This document shows positions 50,318-60,662 of a stretch of 64,000 bases of DNA, one piece after another. A program made the translations under genes and the position numbers. Each line of letters starts with the position of its first letter. The first letter of the stretch is position 1. The DNA comes from Candidatus Poribacteria bacterium (GTDB lineage Bacteria > Poribacteria > WGA-4E > WGA-3G). The stretch is taken from the NCBI GenBank assembly GCA_965242965.1, contig OZ251518.1, forward strand, positions 3,680,001 to 3,744,000. The letters run 5' to 3'. The notes below the pieces were generated by a model. The model saw only the letters and a program-made list of their open reading frames with translations. It had not been told where the DNA came from and ran no database searches.

Positions 50318-53281
50318 ATGCAAGCATTGACAACGTCAACGTCAACGTCAATGCGGCCTGCCAAATCAGAACAGCAGCCAAACAACGCATTGCGAAGACC
50401 GAAAAACCGCAGAAAAGGTATCAAGCTGCCCGCTTGGCGCGATGTCATTCGGCCCAATGAAGATGTCATCGCCGGCACCTTCCGAAAATCCGAATTCGCC
50501 GCGGACCTGCAGGAAGTCTACGAAGGCAGGGCGAAAACGGCTGAATACGGCGAAGCGGTGCTCTTCTTCAACCATACCTATATCACCCCGGGACTCCGCG
50601 GCTTAATCGTCAATACGTTGCGGCGGCTCAGCGGCAAAGGCGGCGAGCCTGTCATCCAGATGAAGACTGGGTTCGGCGGCGGTAAGACGCACAGCCTCAT
50701 TGCACTCTATCACCTCGTGACGAGTGCAGAACTTCTCACCACGCTGCCGGAAGATAAGTATGCCCGGCTGCGCGCCGAAATTCACGACATCATGCAGGAG
50801 GCGGACGTTGACGCGTCGCGATTACAAATCGCGTCTACCGGTATCGCAAACATTTCGGTGCTTGTCGGCACTTACCTCTCCACCACGGATGCCGATACGA
50901 CAGGACGCGGCGACCGGCTCCATACCCTTTGGGGCATGATGGCGAATCAACTCGGTGGACAGGACGCTTACGACATCATCGGTGAAGCGGCGCGGCAAGG
51001 CATCTCCCCCGGTGGAAAGCAGTTGGACAATCTTTTCAAAGCAGTCGGTCCCGCTGTCATTTTAGTCGATGAGCTCGTCGCGTATGTGCGCAACGTCCAG
51101 GGTGTCACGCAAGATAGCATCTATACCTTCCTTCAGACGCTCACGGAATCTGTGAGGCGCAGTGATAACATCGCGCTCGTTGTGACGCTGCCGGAAAGCC
51201 AGACGCAGGCAGGCGCAGCAGCCGGCAACGAAGCACTCCTGAAACTTGAGGAACTCCTTGAAAGTCATCAGGAAGAAGAGACAAGTGGCGAAGACGACGT
51301 TGTTGAGGAAATCTTTGAACGGATTGAGAACGTCTGGGCACCTCTGGAGATTAACGAGGCGTTTGAAGTCGTGCGCCGCCGGCTGTTCGGCAGCGAAATT
51401 GACGAGGAAGCTCGCGACTTGACGTGTGAGGCGTTCCACAAGCATTACCAGAACGCCCGCCGCGAATACCCGGACAACGTCACCGAGGCAAAATATCTCC
51501 AGCGGATGAAGGAATGCTACCCGATTCATCCCGAAGTCTTCGACAGGCTCCATTCGGATTGGGGTGCTGTGCCGGGGTTCCAGCGCACGCGCGGTGTCCT
51601 GCGCATCATGGCGAACTGTATTAGCCGACTCTATCAGCGGGAGAACCGTTCACCGTTGATAATGCCGGCAGACCTGGCACTGAGCGATTCGTCGCTTGCC
51701 GACGAGTTCACCGGGCTGCTGAGCCGACAAGGCGGACAGTGGCAGCCTGTCATCACCGAGGTGGATAACGATGGTGGGCTGACAGATCGGATTGACAGCG
51801 CGAGTCAATCATTCCTTGATATGGGTGGGGCTGCAAGGCGCATCGCACGCACTGTCTTCTTCGGCAGCGCGCCAAGTGGGGCAGTGAAAGGGATTAATAT
51901 CCGAAGCATCCATCTCGGCACCGTGTTGCCAGGGCAGAGCGTCTCCGTTTACAATGACGCTCTCCACCGCATGAGCAACGCGCTCTACTTCCTCTATCAT
52001 CTTGATGACAGGTATTATTTCCACGCCGAGGCGAACCTGAACAAAGTCGCCGGTGATCGTGCGAAGGAGTTTACCGATGACGATGTGCATGGACATATCA
52101 TCGGGATGCTCAATAACGCCGTTGGCAGAGAACCGGGGGTTCACGTCTGTCCGACATCACCGGGAGAGGTGCCGGATTCGGACGCGCTCCAGTTTGTGAT
52201 TTTGCCGCCGCATCAGGCTTTGCCGAGTCAGCAGAAAGATGCGGATACCGCAAGGCCGGCGGTGGAGCAGTTCCTCCGCTACCGAGGCACCGATGAGACA
52301 CAGCGCACCTATCGGAACACGCTCCTCTTCATCGGCGCGCGGCGCGGCAATATCCGAGAGTTGGAAAATATCGTCCGGCGGCACCTCGCGTGGGATTCTA
52401 TCCTCAACGGACACGAGCTCTACTCCGCTGTGTCGAACCTGAAAGATGCACGCCGAGATCAGACGATAGACAACGTTCAGGCAACTGACGATGCGGCGCG
52501 GGAACGGCTGTTCAAGGCGTTTCGACGCTTGCTAGTGCCGGCGCAAGAGAATCCGCGGCAGGATGAATACCACATCGCGGAGACAGAGATTAACGCCGAT
52601 GATGGCAGGATTGTCTCGCGCGCACGCCGACAATTTGAGCGCGACGAGACTATCATCGCCGATATGGCACCGGCGTTATTTGCGGACATGCTGAACCGAT
52701 ACATCTGGTCCAGCGAAAATTATCAGGAGCATATTGCGCTGGATACACTCTGGGCTCTGATGGCGCGCCACCTCTACATGCCGCGCCTGAAAAATAAGGA
52801 TGTCCTCATCCGATGCATCCGAAGCGGGGTGGAGGAAGGCTACTTCGGATATGCACGGGCGTATGAAGCGGGAAACTACGTGAACCCTCGGTTGCGCAAA
52901 CCGGTGTCCGGCGCAATCAGCATCGGCGCGGGAAGTGCCGCTGTCCTGATTAGTCCCGAAATGATGAAACTGTTGCTAGAGGAGCCGGTGCAGGAACCGG
53001 TGCCGAAAGCACCACGGGTAAGCGTGTCTACTGAGCGCGACCTGGCAAGCCAACAAGGGCCGACGCACCTTACCGTAACCAAAACATTGCAATTGGAGAT
53101 GGATTTCTCGGAAGATATCGATTTCCTACAGAACGAGATTGTTCGCACCTTGCACGACGATGGCGGCGAGGTGACGGTGCAGGTTATCGTTACGGCGAAG
53201 AAGACGGAGGGGTTTTCGGAGAACGCTGCGCGTTCTGTAAAAAATAACAGTGCGGAACTCGGTGCCGAATTCCGCACATGA
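50318..53281 (+). CDS. DUF499 AAA+ ATPase (BrxC/PglY-related)
   Basis: WRDVIRP..D, EFAADL, FF.HTY.T, Walker A GFGGGKTH, Walker B LVDE, YPIHPE, FQRTRGVLR. Confidence 0.88.
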   Translation: MQALTTSTSTSMRPAKSEQQPNNALRRPKNRRKGIKLPAWRDVIRPNEDVIAGTFRKSEFAADLQEVYEGRAKTAEYGEAVLFFNHTYITPGLRGLIVNTLRRLSGKGGEPVIQMKTGFGGGKTHSLIALYHLVTSAELLTTLPEDKYARLRAEIHDIMQEADVDASRLQIASTGIANISVLVGTYLSTTDADTTGRGDRLHTLWGMMANQLGGQDAYDIIGEAARQGISPGGKQLDNLFKAVGPAVILVDELVAYVRNVQGVTQDSIYTFLQTLTESVRRSDNIALVVTLPESQTQAGAAAGNEALLKLEELLESHQEEETSGEDDVVEEIFERIENVWAPLEINEAFEVVRRRLFGSEIDEEARDLTCEAFHKHYQNARREYPDNVTEAKYLQRMKECYPIHPEVFDRLHSDWGAVPGFQRTRGVLRIMANCISRLYQRENRSPLIMPADLALSDSSLADEFTGLLSRQGGQWQPVITEVDNDGGLTDRIDSASQSFLDMGGAARRIARTVFFGSAPSGAVKGINIRSIHLGTVLPGQSVSVYNDALHRMSNALYFLYHLDDRYYFHAEANLNKVAGDRAKEFTDDDVHGHIIGMLNNAVGREPGVHVCPTSPGEVPDSDALQFVILPPHQALPSQQKDADTARPAVEQFLRYRGTDETQRTYRNTLLFIGARRGNIRELENIVRRHLAWDSILNGHELYSAVSNLKDARRDQTIDNVQATDDAARERLFKAFRRLLVPAQENPRQDEYHIAETEINADDGRIVSRARRQFERDETIIADMAPALFADMLNRYIWSSENYQEHIALDTLWALMARHLYMPRLKNKDVLIRCIRSGVEEGYFGYARAYEAGNYVNPRLRKPVSGAISIGAGSAAVLISPEMMKLLLEEPVQEPVPKAPRVSVSTERDLASQQGPTHLTVTKTLQLEMDFSEDIDFLQNEIVRTLHDDGGEVTVQVIVTAKKTEGFSENAARSVKNNSAELGAEFRT

Positions 53282-53299
53282 GCGCGAAAGCCAAACGTT

Positions 53300-53950
53300 C
53301 AACGTAGGGCGAGTGCCTGTCCCTCGCCCCACGCCAAACGTCTTAACTGAGGGTGTTTCATAACTCCCTTATGGATGCCTCTTTAGGTGCTTTAGCACCT
53401 ACATGTCTATAGAAAAACGTGTCGGTTCATGTCAAGGTCCTTTAGGTCCTTAATAAAAAAACGCGCCGCATGTCAAAACACATTAAGGACCTAAAGGACC
53501 TTAGTGTTCTTCGCGAGGGCGCGTGCTATAGACATTCAGGTCCTACAGACCTGAAAGACCTTGTTTTTCGGAGCGCGAGGGCCTGTCCCCCGCGAGCGTT
53601 GGATTGCACGGACGCTGGCGAGGGACAGGCCCTCGCCCTACGGTGAAGGCGGGCGTTTTTTTCACCGTAGCGCGGGGGCCTGTCCCCCGCGATCTCCATC
53701 GTCACGATGTGTGTTTCCTCCCACTGTAGTTTGTGATCGCCTGATCACAAACGGGTCAGGAGCAGGCGAGCCTGACCTACAGGGCCTAGCGCGCGAACGC
53801 AGGCGAGGGAAACCCGCTCGGATGCGCGTATGGCATCCGAGGGCCCTCGCCCGACGGTGAAGGGGGGCTTTCTGCTCACCCTATTGCATCGAGACCAGGA
53901 GGTCTCTCCTACCGGGGATGCATCGAGACCGGGAGGTCTCTCCTACGGGG
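53300..53950. repeat. REP cluster with long AGGTCCT palindrome (53383-53555)
   Basis: Same modules as the other clusters; TGAGGGTGTTTCATAA at 53348. Confidence 0.8.
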
Positions 53951-53965
53951 GAAAAGGCTTCGGCG

Positions 53966-54553
53966 TTAGGCACTCGGCATCCGTTCTTGTTTAAGGGTTT
54001 TTAATTCCTCTTCCATGGCATCCATTCGCTGTTGTTGTGTTTCAAGCATTTGTTGTTGTGCGGCGAGTTGCTGTTGTTGCGCCTCGATTTGTTGCTGTTG
54101 TATTGCAATTTTCTCTTCTTGCGCGCGTTCCTTTTTCTTATCCTGCAGATAGGGCAGGCCGAGGGCCACGCCAATCAGACCTAACAGTGCCACCAGCAGC
54201 GTCAAGTTGAGACTCAGGCGGGTATTCACGCCATTAAAGCGACTATTCGTATCGTCAAAACGACCATTTGTATCGTCAAGGCGACTATTCGTATCGTCAA
54301 TCCGAGTGTTGATGGCTTGCAGTTCGGCGGCTACGCGGCGGTCGCGTTCGTCCATCCTCACCACGAGTTTTGCGATTTCTTGGGTGACGAATGCCCGCGT
54401 CCGCTTTTCCGATGCGGCGATTTCTTCTTTCACAATCGCGCGGGTGTCTTCTCGAATCAGGGCCCGGAGCGTTTCAAAGTCCGTCGCGTTCTGTCCAAAC
54501 GCGAACGCGTTGAAGAACGCGATGCCGAGAACGAAAAATAGGCAAACTTTCAT
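53966..54553 (-). CDS. Hypothetical signal-peptide + coiled-coil + TM protein with DDTN(S/G)R repeats
   Basis: AAGGAGG SD; 21-bp internal repeats; Q-rich tail. Confidence 0.65.
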   Translation of the reverse strand: MKVCLFFVLGIAFFNAFAFGQNATDFETLRALIREDTRAIVKEEIAASEKRTRAFVTQEIAKLVVRMDERDRRVAAELQAINTRIDDTNSRLDDTNGRFDDTNSRFNGVNTRLSLNLTLLVALLGLIGVALGLPYLQDKKKERAQEEKIAIQQQQIEAQQQQLAAQQQMLETQQQRMDAMEEELKTLKQERMPSA

Positions 54554-54585
54554 CGATTATGCCTCCTTCTTAAAGATTTTATGTT

Positions 54586-54657
54586 ATTATACCTGAATTG
54601 CATAGGAATGTCAAGTTTTTTCAATTCTTGACTTTTTATTCGGAAATATGGTATAAA
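54586..54657. promoter_or_regulatory. Divergent sigma70 promoters
   Basis: Minus: TTGACA (54614-54609)-17nt-TATAAT (54591-54586); plus: TTGACT (54628)-18nt-TATAAA (54652). Confidence 0.6.
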
Positions 54658-54692
54658 TTATCCAAATAACCTAAAAAGAAAGGCACGCATAT

Positions 54693-57536
54693 ATGCCAAA
54701 ACCCCGAAAGAAACTCATTGAGGTGAGTCTACCGTTGGAGGTCATCAACCGAGAAGCAACAAAAGATGCCTCCCTGACGCACGGGCACCCCTCAACGCTA
54801 CATCGATATTGGGCGCGGCGCCCTCTCGCGGCATGCCGTGCTGTGATTTTTGCCAGCATGGTAGATGATCCTGTCTCTTGTGAGGACGAATTCCCTACCG
54901 AAGGAGATCAGAACGTTGAACGCAGCCGGCTCCACGGCCTCCTTCGCAGACTCGTCGTTTGGCAAAATAGCAACGACGAAAAACTCTTGGAGGCAGCACG
55001 CCTAGAAATTGCAGTTTCCTCCGCGCGGAACCGCGGCGAAAACGCGAAAGCCTTTCGGAAAAGGTTTGAAAACAACCCGGATGCAGTCCTGCACTATCTC
55101 GGTGAACATTGCCCCGCCATTTACGATCCCTTTTGTGGTGGCGGTTCCATCTCGTTAGAGGCACAGCGACTGGGCTTACGCGCCCGCGGTTCTGACCTGA
55201 ATCCTCTCCCCGTTCTCCTTAATAAGGCGATGATCGAGTTGCCGCCGCAGTTCCACAACCAGAAACCGGTGAATCCAGACGCGGACCCGCTCGGCATGTT
55301 CACCGGCACTGGCAAACATCGGACGCGTGTTTTGTGGAAAGGCACCTCCGGTCTGGCGGACGATATCCGTTACTACGGCGCGTGGATGCGAGAGGAAGCG
55401 CGTCAACGCATCGGGCACCTCTACCCAGAGGTGCAACTGCCTGATGGAAAAACTGCGCCCGTGGTTGCGTGGTTATGGGCGCGCACCGTTCCGTGTATTA
55501 ACCCTGCCTGCGGCCTTCACATGCCCCTGATGAAAACTTTTTACCTTTGTAAAAAGAAAGGGAATGAGCATTGGCTCAAACCAATTGTTAATCGCGACTT
55601 GAATACCATCTCGTGGGTAGTGGAAAGTGCCGATACCCTCCTTCACCCCCTTTCACAAAACTTAAGTTATATTGCGCCTAGCGATGATGGAATGCGCAAA
55701 CCTACCGTCAACCGCACCGGTGCGCACTGTATCGCCTGCGGTAGTGCTGTCAAATTGGGTGATGTCCGCGCACAGGCGAGTGCCGGCAAAATGGGAGAAA
55801 CGATGGTGGCGATAGTCGCCGAGGGGAAACCCAAGTTGTTCCTCGCTCCGACAGCCGAACATATCCACGTGGCGATGTCCGCTAAATCCCCGCGCAGACC
55901 GCGGCAAGCGATGCCGAATAACCCGACTTTGGTGAGCGGGCGCGGCTATGGCATCACGCATTGGCATCAACTTTTCACCGAAAGGCAACTCATCGCTTTG
56001 AATACCTTCGGCGATTTGCTGTCAGAAGTTCACACCTGTCTCACACAAGATGGCGCAGAGAGCCACTACGCAGATTCCGTTTGCACCTATCTCGCTCTGG
56101 CAATCGGAAGAATCACTGAAACTAATTGTCGTTTCTCGTATTGGGATGTCGTTGATAGATTCATCTCTAAGGCCTTTACACGCCAGGCACTTCAAATGAC
56201 ATGGAATTTTTCTGAATCAAATCCGTTCTCCAATTCGACCCAGAATTGGATGGCGCAGGTGGAATGGATTGCGAAGGTCGTTGAGAAACTACCTGCTCCT
56301 GCACATCAAGGCGAAGTGTATCAAGCCGATGCTACCACTACCCGGCATGCGGCTGATAGGCCCGTCTTTGTCACCGATCCGCCCTACTACGACAATATCG
56401 ACTACGCCGATCTTTCGGATTTCTTCTATATCTGGATCCGGCCCTTACTCCGCGACATCTATCCGGATTTGCTCTCTGGGATGCTAACTCCTAAAGATGA
56501 GGAAATCGTTGCTATTCCGTCTCGGTTTGATGATCCGTCAAATCGGTTTGAGAGGTTGCTTGGCGAAACATTACTGCAGATGCGACAAAACTGCACCGAC
56601 GCGTTCCCTTCCTCTATCTTTTACGCTTACAGACAGCAGGAAGAGGAACGCGGTGGCAGAACCTCCACCGGCTGGGAGACAATGCTCATGGCAATCGTCA
56701 ATGCCGGCTTTCAGATAGTCGGCACGTGGTCCATGCGGACTGAGCGGCCTACAGGTGTCAAAACCAAGAAAAACGTACTCGCATCGTCTGTTCTTTTAGT
56801 TTGCCGGCCGCGCCCGGAAGACGCACCGTTCATCACCCTCCGCAACTTTCAGGCGGAACTCAAAAAGGCGATGCCGCCTGCACTGCGCAGACTCACCCGC
56901 ACTGCTAGAATCGATCCCGTAGATCTCGCGCAAGCCGCCATCGGCCCCGGCATGGAGGTATATTCTCGTTATAGCAAGGTGATGCGCATCAGCGGCGAGA
57001 GTGTCCCCATCCGAGAGGTGCTGAAATATATCAACGACGAAATCACCGCCTATCACGAAGAGGAGAGCGGCGCGTTGGATAAGACGACGCAGTTCTGTTT
57101 GACATGGTTTAAGCAGCATGGGTATCAGGCGGGCGATTTCGGCACGGCGCAGCTGCTGGCGACAGCGACAGGCGTAGACGTTGCGCAGCTGCACGAAAAG
57201 GTGTTGACAGCGGCGCGAGGCAAGGTGAAACTTTTCCGTCGCGAGGACTATTATGAACGTGAATTGAGCGATGAGGTATCAGCGTGGGAGGGGTGCCAGC
57301 GGATGGTATTCCACTTGACAGATACCGCGGTCGGCGGCGGGATTCAGGCGTGTGCGGCGGTTGTGCGTGCGATGGGTGCGGCGGATGAGTCTGCGGAGCG
57401 GCTGGCGCGCGTCTTGTATAGTTATTACGAGGCGTTAGACGATGCCTCAAGTGCGCTGGCATATAACACGTTGGTTCAAAATTGGACAGAGATTTGGGAT
57501 GCCAGTCGCGAGGCGCGGCAGAGCAGTTTCTACTAG
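54693..57536 (+). CDS. DUF1156 amino (probably N6-adenine) DNA methyltransferase
   Basis: KKLIEV.LPL, HPSTLH.YWARRPLAA, motif I DPFCGGG, motif IV TDPPYY, CxxC-like pairs. Confidence 0.9.
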   Translation: MPKPRKKLIEVSLPLEVINREATKDASLTHGHPSTLHRYWARRPLAACRAVIFASMVDDPVSCEDEFPTEGDQNVERSRLHGLLRRLVVWQNSNDEKLLEAARLEIAVSSARNRGENAKAFRKRFENNPDAVLHYLGEHCPAIYDPFCGGGSISLEAQRLGLRARGSDLNPLPVLLNKAMIELPPQFHNQKPVNPDADPLGMFTGTGKHRTRVLWKGTSGLADDIRYYGAWMREEARQRIGHLYPEVQLPDGKTAPVVAWLWARTVPCINPACGLHMPLMKTFYLCKKKGNEHWLKPIVNRDLNTISWVVESADTLLHPLSQNLSYIAPSDDGMRKPTVNRTGAHCIACGSAVKLGDVRAQASAGKMGETMVAIVAEGKPKLFLAPTAEHIHVAMSAKSPRRPRQAMPNNPTLVSGRGYGITHWHQLFTERQLIALNTFGDLLSEVHTCLTQDGAESHYADSVCTYLALAIGRITETNCRFSYWDVVDRFISKAFTRQALQMTWNFSESNPFSNSTQNWMAQVEWIAKVVEKLPAPAHQGEVYQADATTTRHAADRPVFVTDPPYYDNIDYADLSDFFYIWIRPLLRDIYPDLLSGMLTPKDEEIVAIPSRFDDPSNRFERLLGETLLQMRQNCTDAFPSSIFYAYRQQEEERGGRTSTGWETMLMAIVNAGFQIVGTWSMRTERPTGVKTKKNVLASSVLLVCRPRPEDAPFITLRNFQAELKKAMPPALRRLTRTARIDPVDLAQAAIGPGMEVYSRYSKVMRISGESVPIREVLKYINDEITAYHEEESGALDKTTQFCLTWFKQHGYQAGDFGTAQLLATATGVDVAQLHEKVLTAARGKVKLFRREDYYERELSDEVSAWEGCQRMVFHLTDTAVGGGIQACAAVVRAMGAADESAERLARVLYSYYEALDDASSALAYNTLVQNWTEIWDASREARQSSFY

Positions 57537-57549
57537 GGAGACTTTTGTC

Positions 57550-57921
57550 ATGCGAGAGGAATCGAACGCTTATTTAGCGGCACATAATTTGCGGCGCGAG
57601 TTGCGTCCATATACCCGCGCCGAGGTTTCGCGGTTACCGAATGACCGGCGTGGTGTGTATGCGCTCTGGCGGCCGCGCTCGGGGAGTGAGCGGCTGGAGT
57701 GCCTCTATGTTGGGGAGTCTCGGACGTGCGTGCGTCGTCGGTTGCTGGAGCATTTCTCCTCAAAGGAGCCAAATGAGGCATTGCGCAATCAGTTGCAGTT
57801 GTATCGGACGGTTGTCGTCTTTTCGGTGGAGTTCACGGAGGATGCGGCGGAGACGTTGTTAATGGAAACGGAGTTGATTCGTGCGTGGCAGCCGAAGACG
57901 AATGAGAAGGGTTTGGGATAG
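57550..57921 (+). CDS. GIY-YIG nuclease
   Basis: GVYALW...LYVGES...RRRLLEH...E.ELI...P.TN; AGGGAG SD, 13 bp after the MTase stop. Confidence 0.8.
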   Translation: MREESNAYLAAHNLRRELRPYTRAEVSRLPNDRRGVYALWRPRSGSERLECLYVGESRTCVRRRLLEHFSSKEPNEALRNQLQLYRTVVVFSVEFTEDAAETLLMETELIRAWQPKTNEKGLG

Positions 57922-58181
57922 GGGTTTCAGGAGCAGGTGCGCACGCTAGTCCTGTAGTTCGGGAGCGCCTGCTCCCGAACGGGTCAGGATCAGGCGATCC
58001 TGACCTACAGGAGTGATGCGGTCTGACAGCAAAACGCCTGGCGAGGGGAACCCTCTCGGATGCGCGTGTGGCATGCGAGGGCCCTCGCCCTACGTGAGGG
58101 GCGGCGTTTTTTCACCGTAGGGCGAGGGCCTGTCCCTCGCCGTGCCTCCGGGAGGAATGCATCAAGACCAGGAGGTCTCTC

Positions 58182-59009
58182 CTACCGCCGTTTTTTACGT
58201 CTCCGCGCACGCGGTTGACTCGGTTTAGACACATCACTCACCGGCGCTGCAACGTCAGGCACCGCAGGCGGAACCTGCGGGCGATGCCACATCCAAAAGA
58301 TAAAGCCGCTCCCGAAGAAGACCAGGAAAATGCTGAAGAGTTGCGCCGCTGACAACCCGACATAGATACGCGGATTCGTCCGCCAAAACTCTACGATAAA
58401 CCGTTCTACGCCGAGTAGGATAAGACTCGCGCCGAATAAGATACCCGGTGTCGCCTCAAGCCGCCGGCGTTGTGTCCATAAGATACCGAAAAAGGCGAAC
58501 GAAATCAACGTTTCATAGATGGGTGTCGGATGCACGGGCACATCTGTCGGCACGGTGCCGTTCGGGAATGCCATCGCCCACGGTAAATCTGAGGGCGGGC
58601 CATAGTCACCGTCGCCGGCGAGGAAGCACCCGATGCGTCCAATGCCGTAACCGAGTAGCAACGTCGGCCCGATGATATCGATCGTCGCTAAATAAGGATT
58701 CGGCGAACGGAGAATATAGAGGCTCGCGGCGAGACTGCCCCCGATTAAGCCGCCATACCAGACGAGCCCACTCGTTGAGAAGAGTTCGTCGAAGTGGAGG
58801 TGGCCGTCTTGGAGCGCGGAATAGAGTTTCGCGCCGACAACGCCGCCTATCCCCGCCGCCATGACGATGGACGCTGCCACTTCCGCGACAAAACCGCGCC
58901 GCTTCAATTCTCGTTGCAATACGAATACGACGGTGATAAACGCGCACGCCAGCATCAGCCCGTAACTGTGGATGCCAAATGGTCCAAAATCGATCAGCGT
59001 TGGATACAT
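58182..59009 (-). CDS. lgt: Prolipoprotein diacylglyceryl transferase
   Basis: SYGLM, GLVWYGG, GRIGCF..GD.YG, HPTPIYE, RFIVEFWR. Confidence 0.92.
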   Translation of the reverse strand: MYPTLIDFGPFGIHSYGLMLACAFITVVFVLQRELKRRGFVAEVAASIVMAAGIGGVVGAKLYSALQDGHLHFDELFSTSGLVWYGGLIGGSLAASLYILRSPNPYLATIDIIGPTLLLGYGIGRIGCFLAGDGDYGPPSDLPWAMAFPNGTVPTDVPVHPTPIYETLISFAFFGILWTQRRRLEATPGILFGASLILLGVERFIVEFWRTNPRIYVGLSAAQLFSIFLVFFGSGFIFWMWHRPQVPPAVPDVAAPVSDVSKPSQPRARRRKKRR

Positions 59010-59017
59010 CTTCTGTC

Positions 59018-59722
59018 TTACTCCCCCAGATAGGCTTGCCGCACGCGTTCATCGGCTAATAATTCGGTGGAGGAGCCCGCAATGGGAATCTCACCGGTTT
59101 CCATGACGTAGCCGCGGTGCGTAACTTCTAGCGCGATGTGCGCGTTCTGTTCCACCAGCAAAATTGTCGTGCCTTCGGCATTAATCTGCTGGAGGATTTC
59201 AAAGATCTGTTTCACAATAAGCGGCGCGAGCCCGAGCGAGGGTTCGTCTAAGAGGAGCAATCGCGGTTGTGACATTAACGCGCGCCCGATGGCGAGCATC
59301 TGCTGCTCACCGCCGCTGAGACTGCCGCCGCGCTGTCGCTGCCGCGCCGCTAGCACCGGAAACAACGCGAAGATTTTGTCTAAATCCGCACTAACCCCCG
59401 GTTTATCGGTTCGGAGGTACGCGCCGAGTTCTAGGTTTTCCAAGATGGACATGTCCGGGAAGATGAGTCGTCCCTCCGGCACCTGCGAGATACCGAGTGC
59501 GACGCGTTGCTCCGCCGAAGTGTCCGTAATATCCTCGCCTTCAAAGTGGATACTTCCCTGCGCGGGCGGATGCACGCCGGAGATAGTCATCAGCGTCGTC
59601 GATTTGCCGGCACCATTCGCGCCGATGAGACACACCATTTCACCCTGATTCACCGCTATTGAGATGCCCCGGACCGCGCGGATATTGCCGTAGGCAGTGT
59701 GAATGTTCCTGAGTTCAAGCAT
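59018..59722 (-). CDS. livF: Branched-chain amino acid ABC transporter ATPase
   Basis: GANGAGKST, VPEGR, LSGGEQQM, LDEPSLGLAP, LVEQN. Confidence 0.9.
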   Translation of the reverse strand: MLELRNIHTAYGNIRAVRGISIAVNQGEMVCLIGANGAGKSTTLMTISGVHPPAQGSIHFEGEDITDTSAEQRVALGISQVPEGRLIFPDMSILENLELGAYLRTDKPGVSADLDKIFALFPVLAARQRQRGGSLSGGEQQMLAIGRALMSQPRLLLLDEPSLGLAPLIVKQIFEILQQINAEGTTILLVEQNAHIALEVTHRGYVMETGEIPIAGSSTELLADERVRQAYLGE

Positions 59723-60497
59723 CGTCAGTTGTTCCTAAATACGCCGTGATGACGCGTTCATCGTTTTGCACGTCTGCCGGTTTCCCATCGCTGATTTTCT
59801 GACCGTGGTCTAACACCGTGACCCAGTCGGAAATCTGCATCACCAGTTTGACATCGTGTTCGATGAGCAGCACGGCGATGCCTTGTTCGCGGATAGTGTA
59901 GATAAGCGCGATGAGCTCCTGTGTTTCTTGCGGGTTCATGCCGGCGGCGGGTTCGTCCAACAGGAGGAGCTGCGGCTCAGTAGCGAGGGCCCTGGCGATT
60001 TCAACACGCCGCTGATCTCCGTAAGAGAGGTTTCCTGCTATCTGCTCCACCACGTCAACAAGCCCTACAAACTTGAGCGTTTCCAGTGCGCGTTCGGTGA
60101 TGTCCGCCTCTTCCTGTCGCTGCTTCTTCGTGCGTAGCACCGAACCGATTAAGGCACTTGACGTGCGCGGATGCCTGCCGATTTTGACGTTGTCCAGCAC
60201 CGTCAAATCCGAGAAAAGTCGGATATTCTGAAACGTTCTGGCGATGCCGCGCTCCGTAACCTGGTCTGGCCGAAGCCCGGTAATCTGTCTGCCTAAAAAG
60301 TTGACAGTGCCGGCTGTCGGTTTATCTAATCCTGTGACGCAGTTAAACAGCGTCGTCTTGCCGGCACCGTTCGGTCCGATGAGACTGAAGATTTCAGATG
60401 GGCGCACGTGCATCGTGACATCGTCTAGTGCGATGACACCACCGTAATGCCGGCTGAGCTGTTTTGTGTCCAAGATGTGTTGGATGTTTTCTGCCAT
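59715..60497 (-). CDS. livG: Branched-chain amino acid ABC transporter ATPase
   Basis: GPNGAGKTT, ARTFQNIRLF, LSYG, DEPAAGMN, IEHD. Confidence 0.9.
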   Translation of the reverse strand: MAENIQHILDTKQLSRHYGGVIALDDVTMHVRPSEIFSLIGPNGAGKTTLFNCVTGLDKPTAGTVNFLGRQITGLRPDQVTERGIARTFQNIRLFSDLTVLDNVKIGRHPRTSSALIGSVLRTKKQRQEEADITERALETLKFVGLVDVVEQIAGNLSYGDQRRVEIARALATEPQLLLLDEPAAGMNPQETQELIALIYTIREQGIAVLLIEHDVKLVMQISDWVTVLDHGQKISDGKPADVQNDERVITAYLGTTDDA

Positions 60498-60662
60498 GTT
60501 TATTCCTTAAGTGGGATGCATCGAGACCGGGAGGGCTCGCCTACCCAGTTTGTTCATAATAGTATACCTTAAGTTGGGTTTACGTGTCAAATCGGGTTGA
60601 TTTTCATTACAATTTGTGATATTATAGTCGCAGTTCTCCGCGCCACCGTTGCGCACATTACG

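Noticed and set aside
50332-50352. (AACGTC)x3 repeat at the DUF499 5' end as a phase-variation tract
   Set aside because: Hexamer unit keeps the frame and there are only three copies
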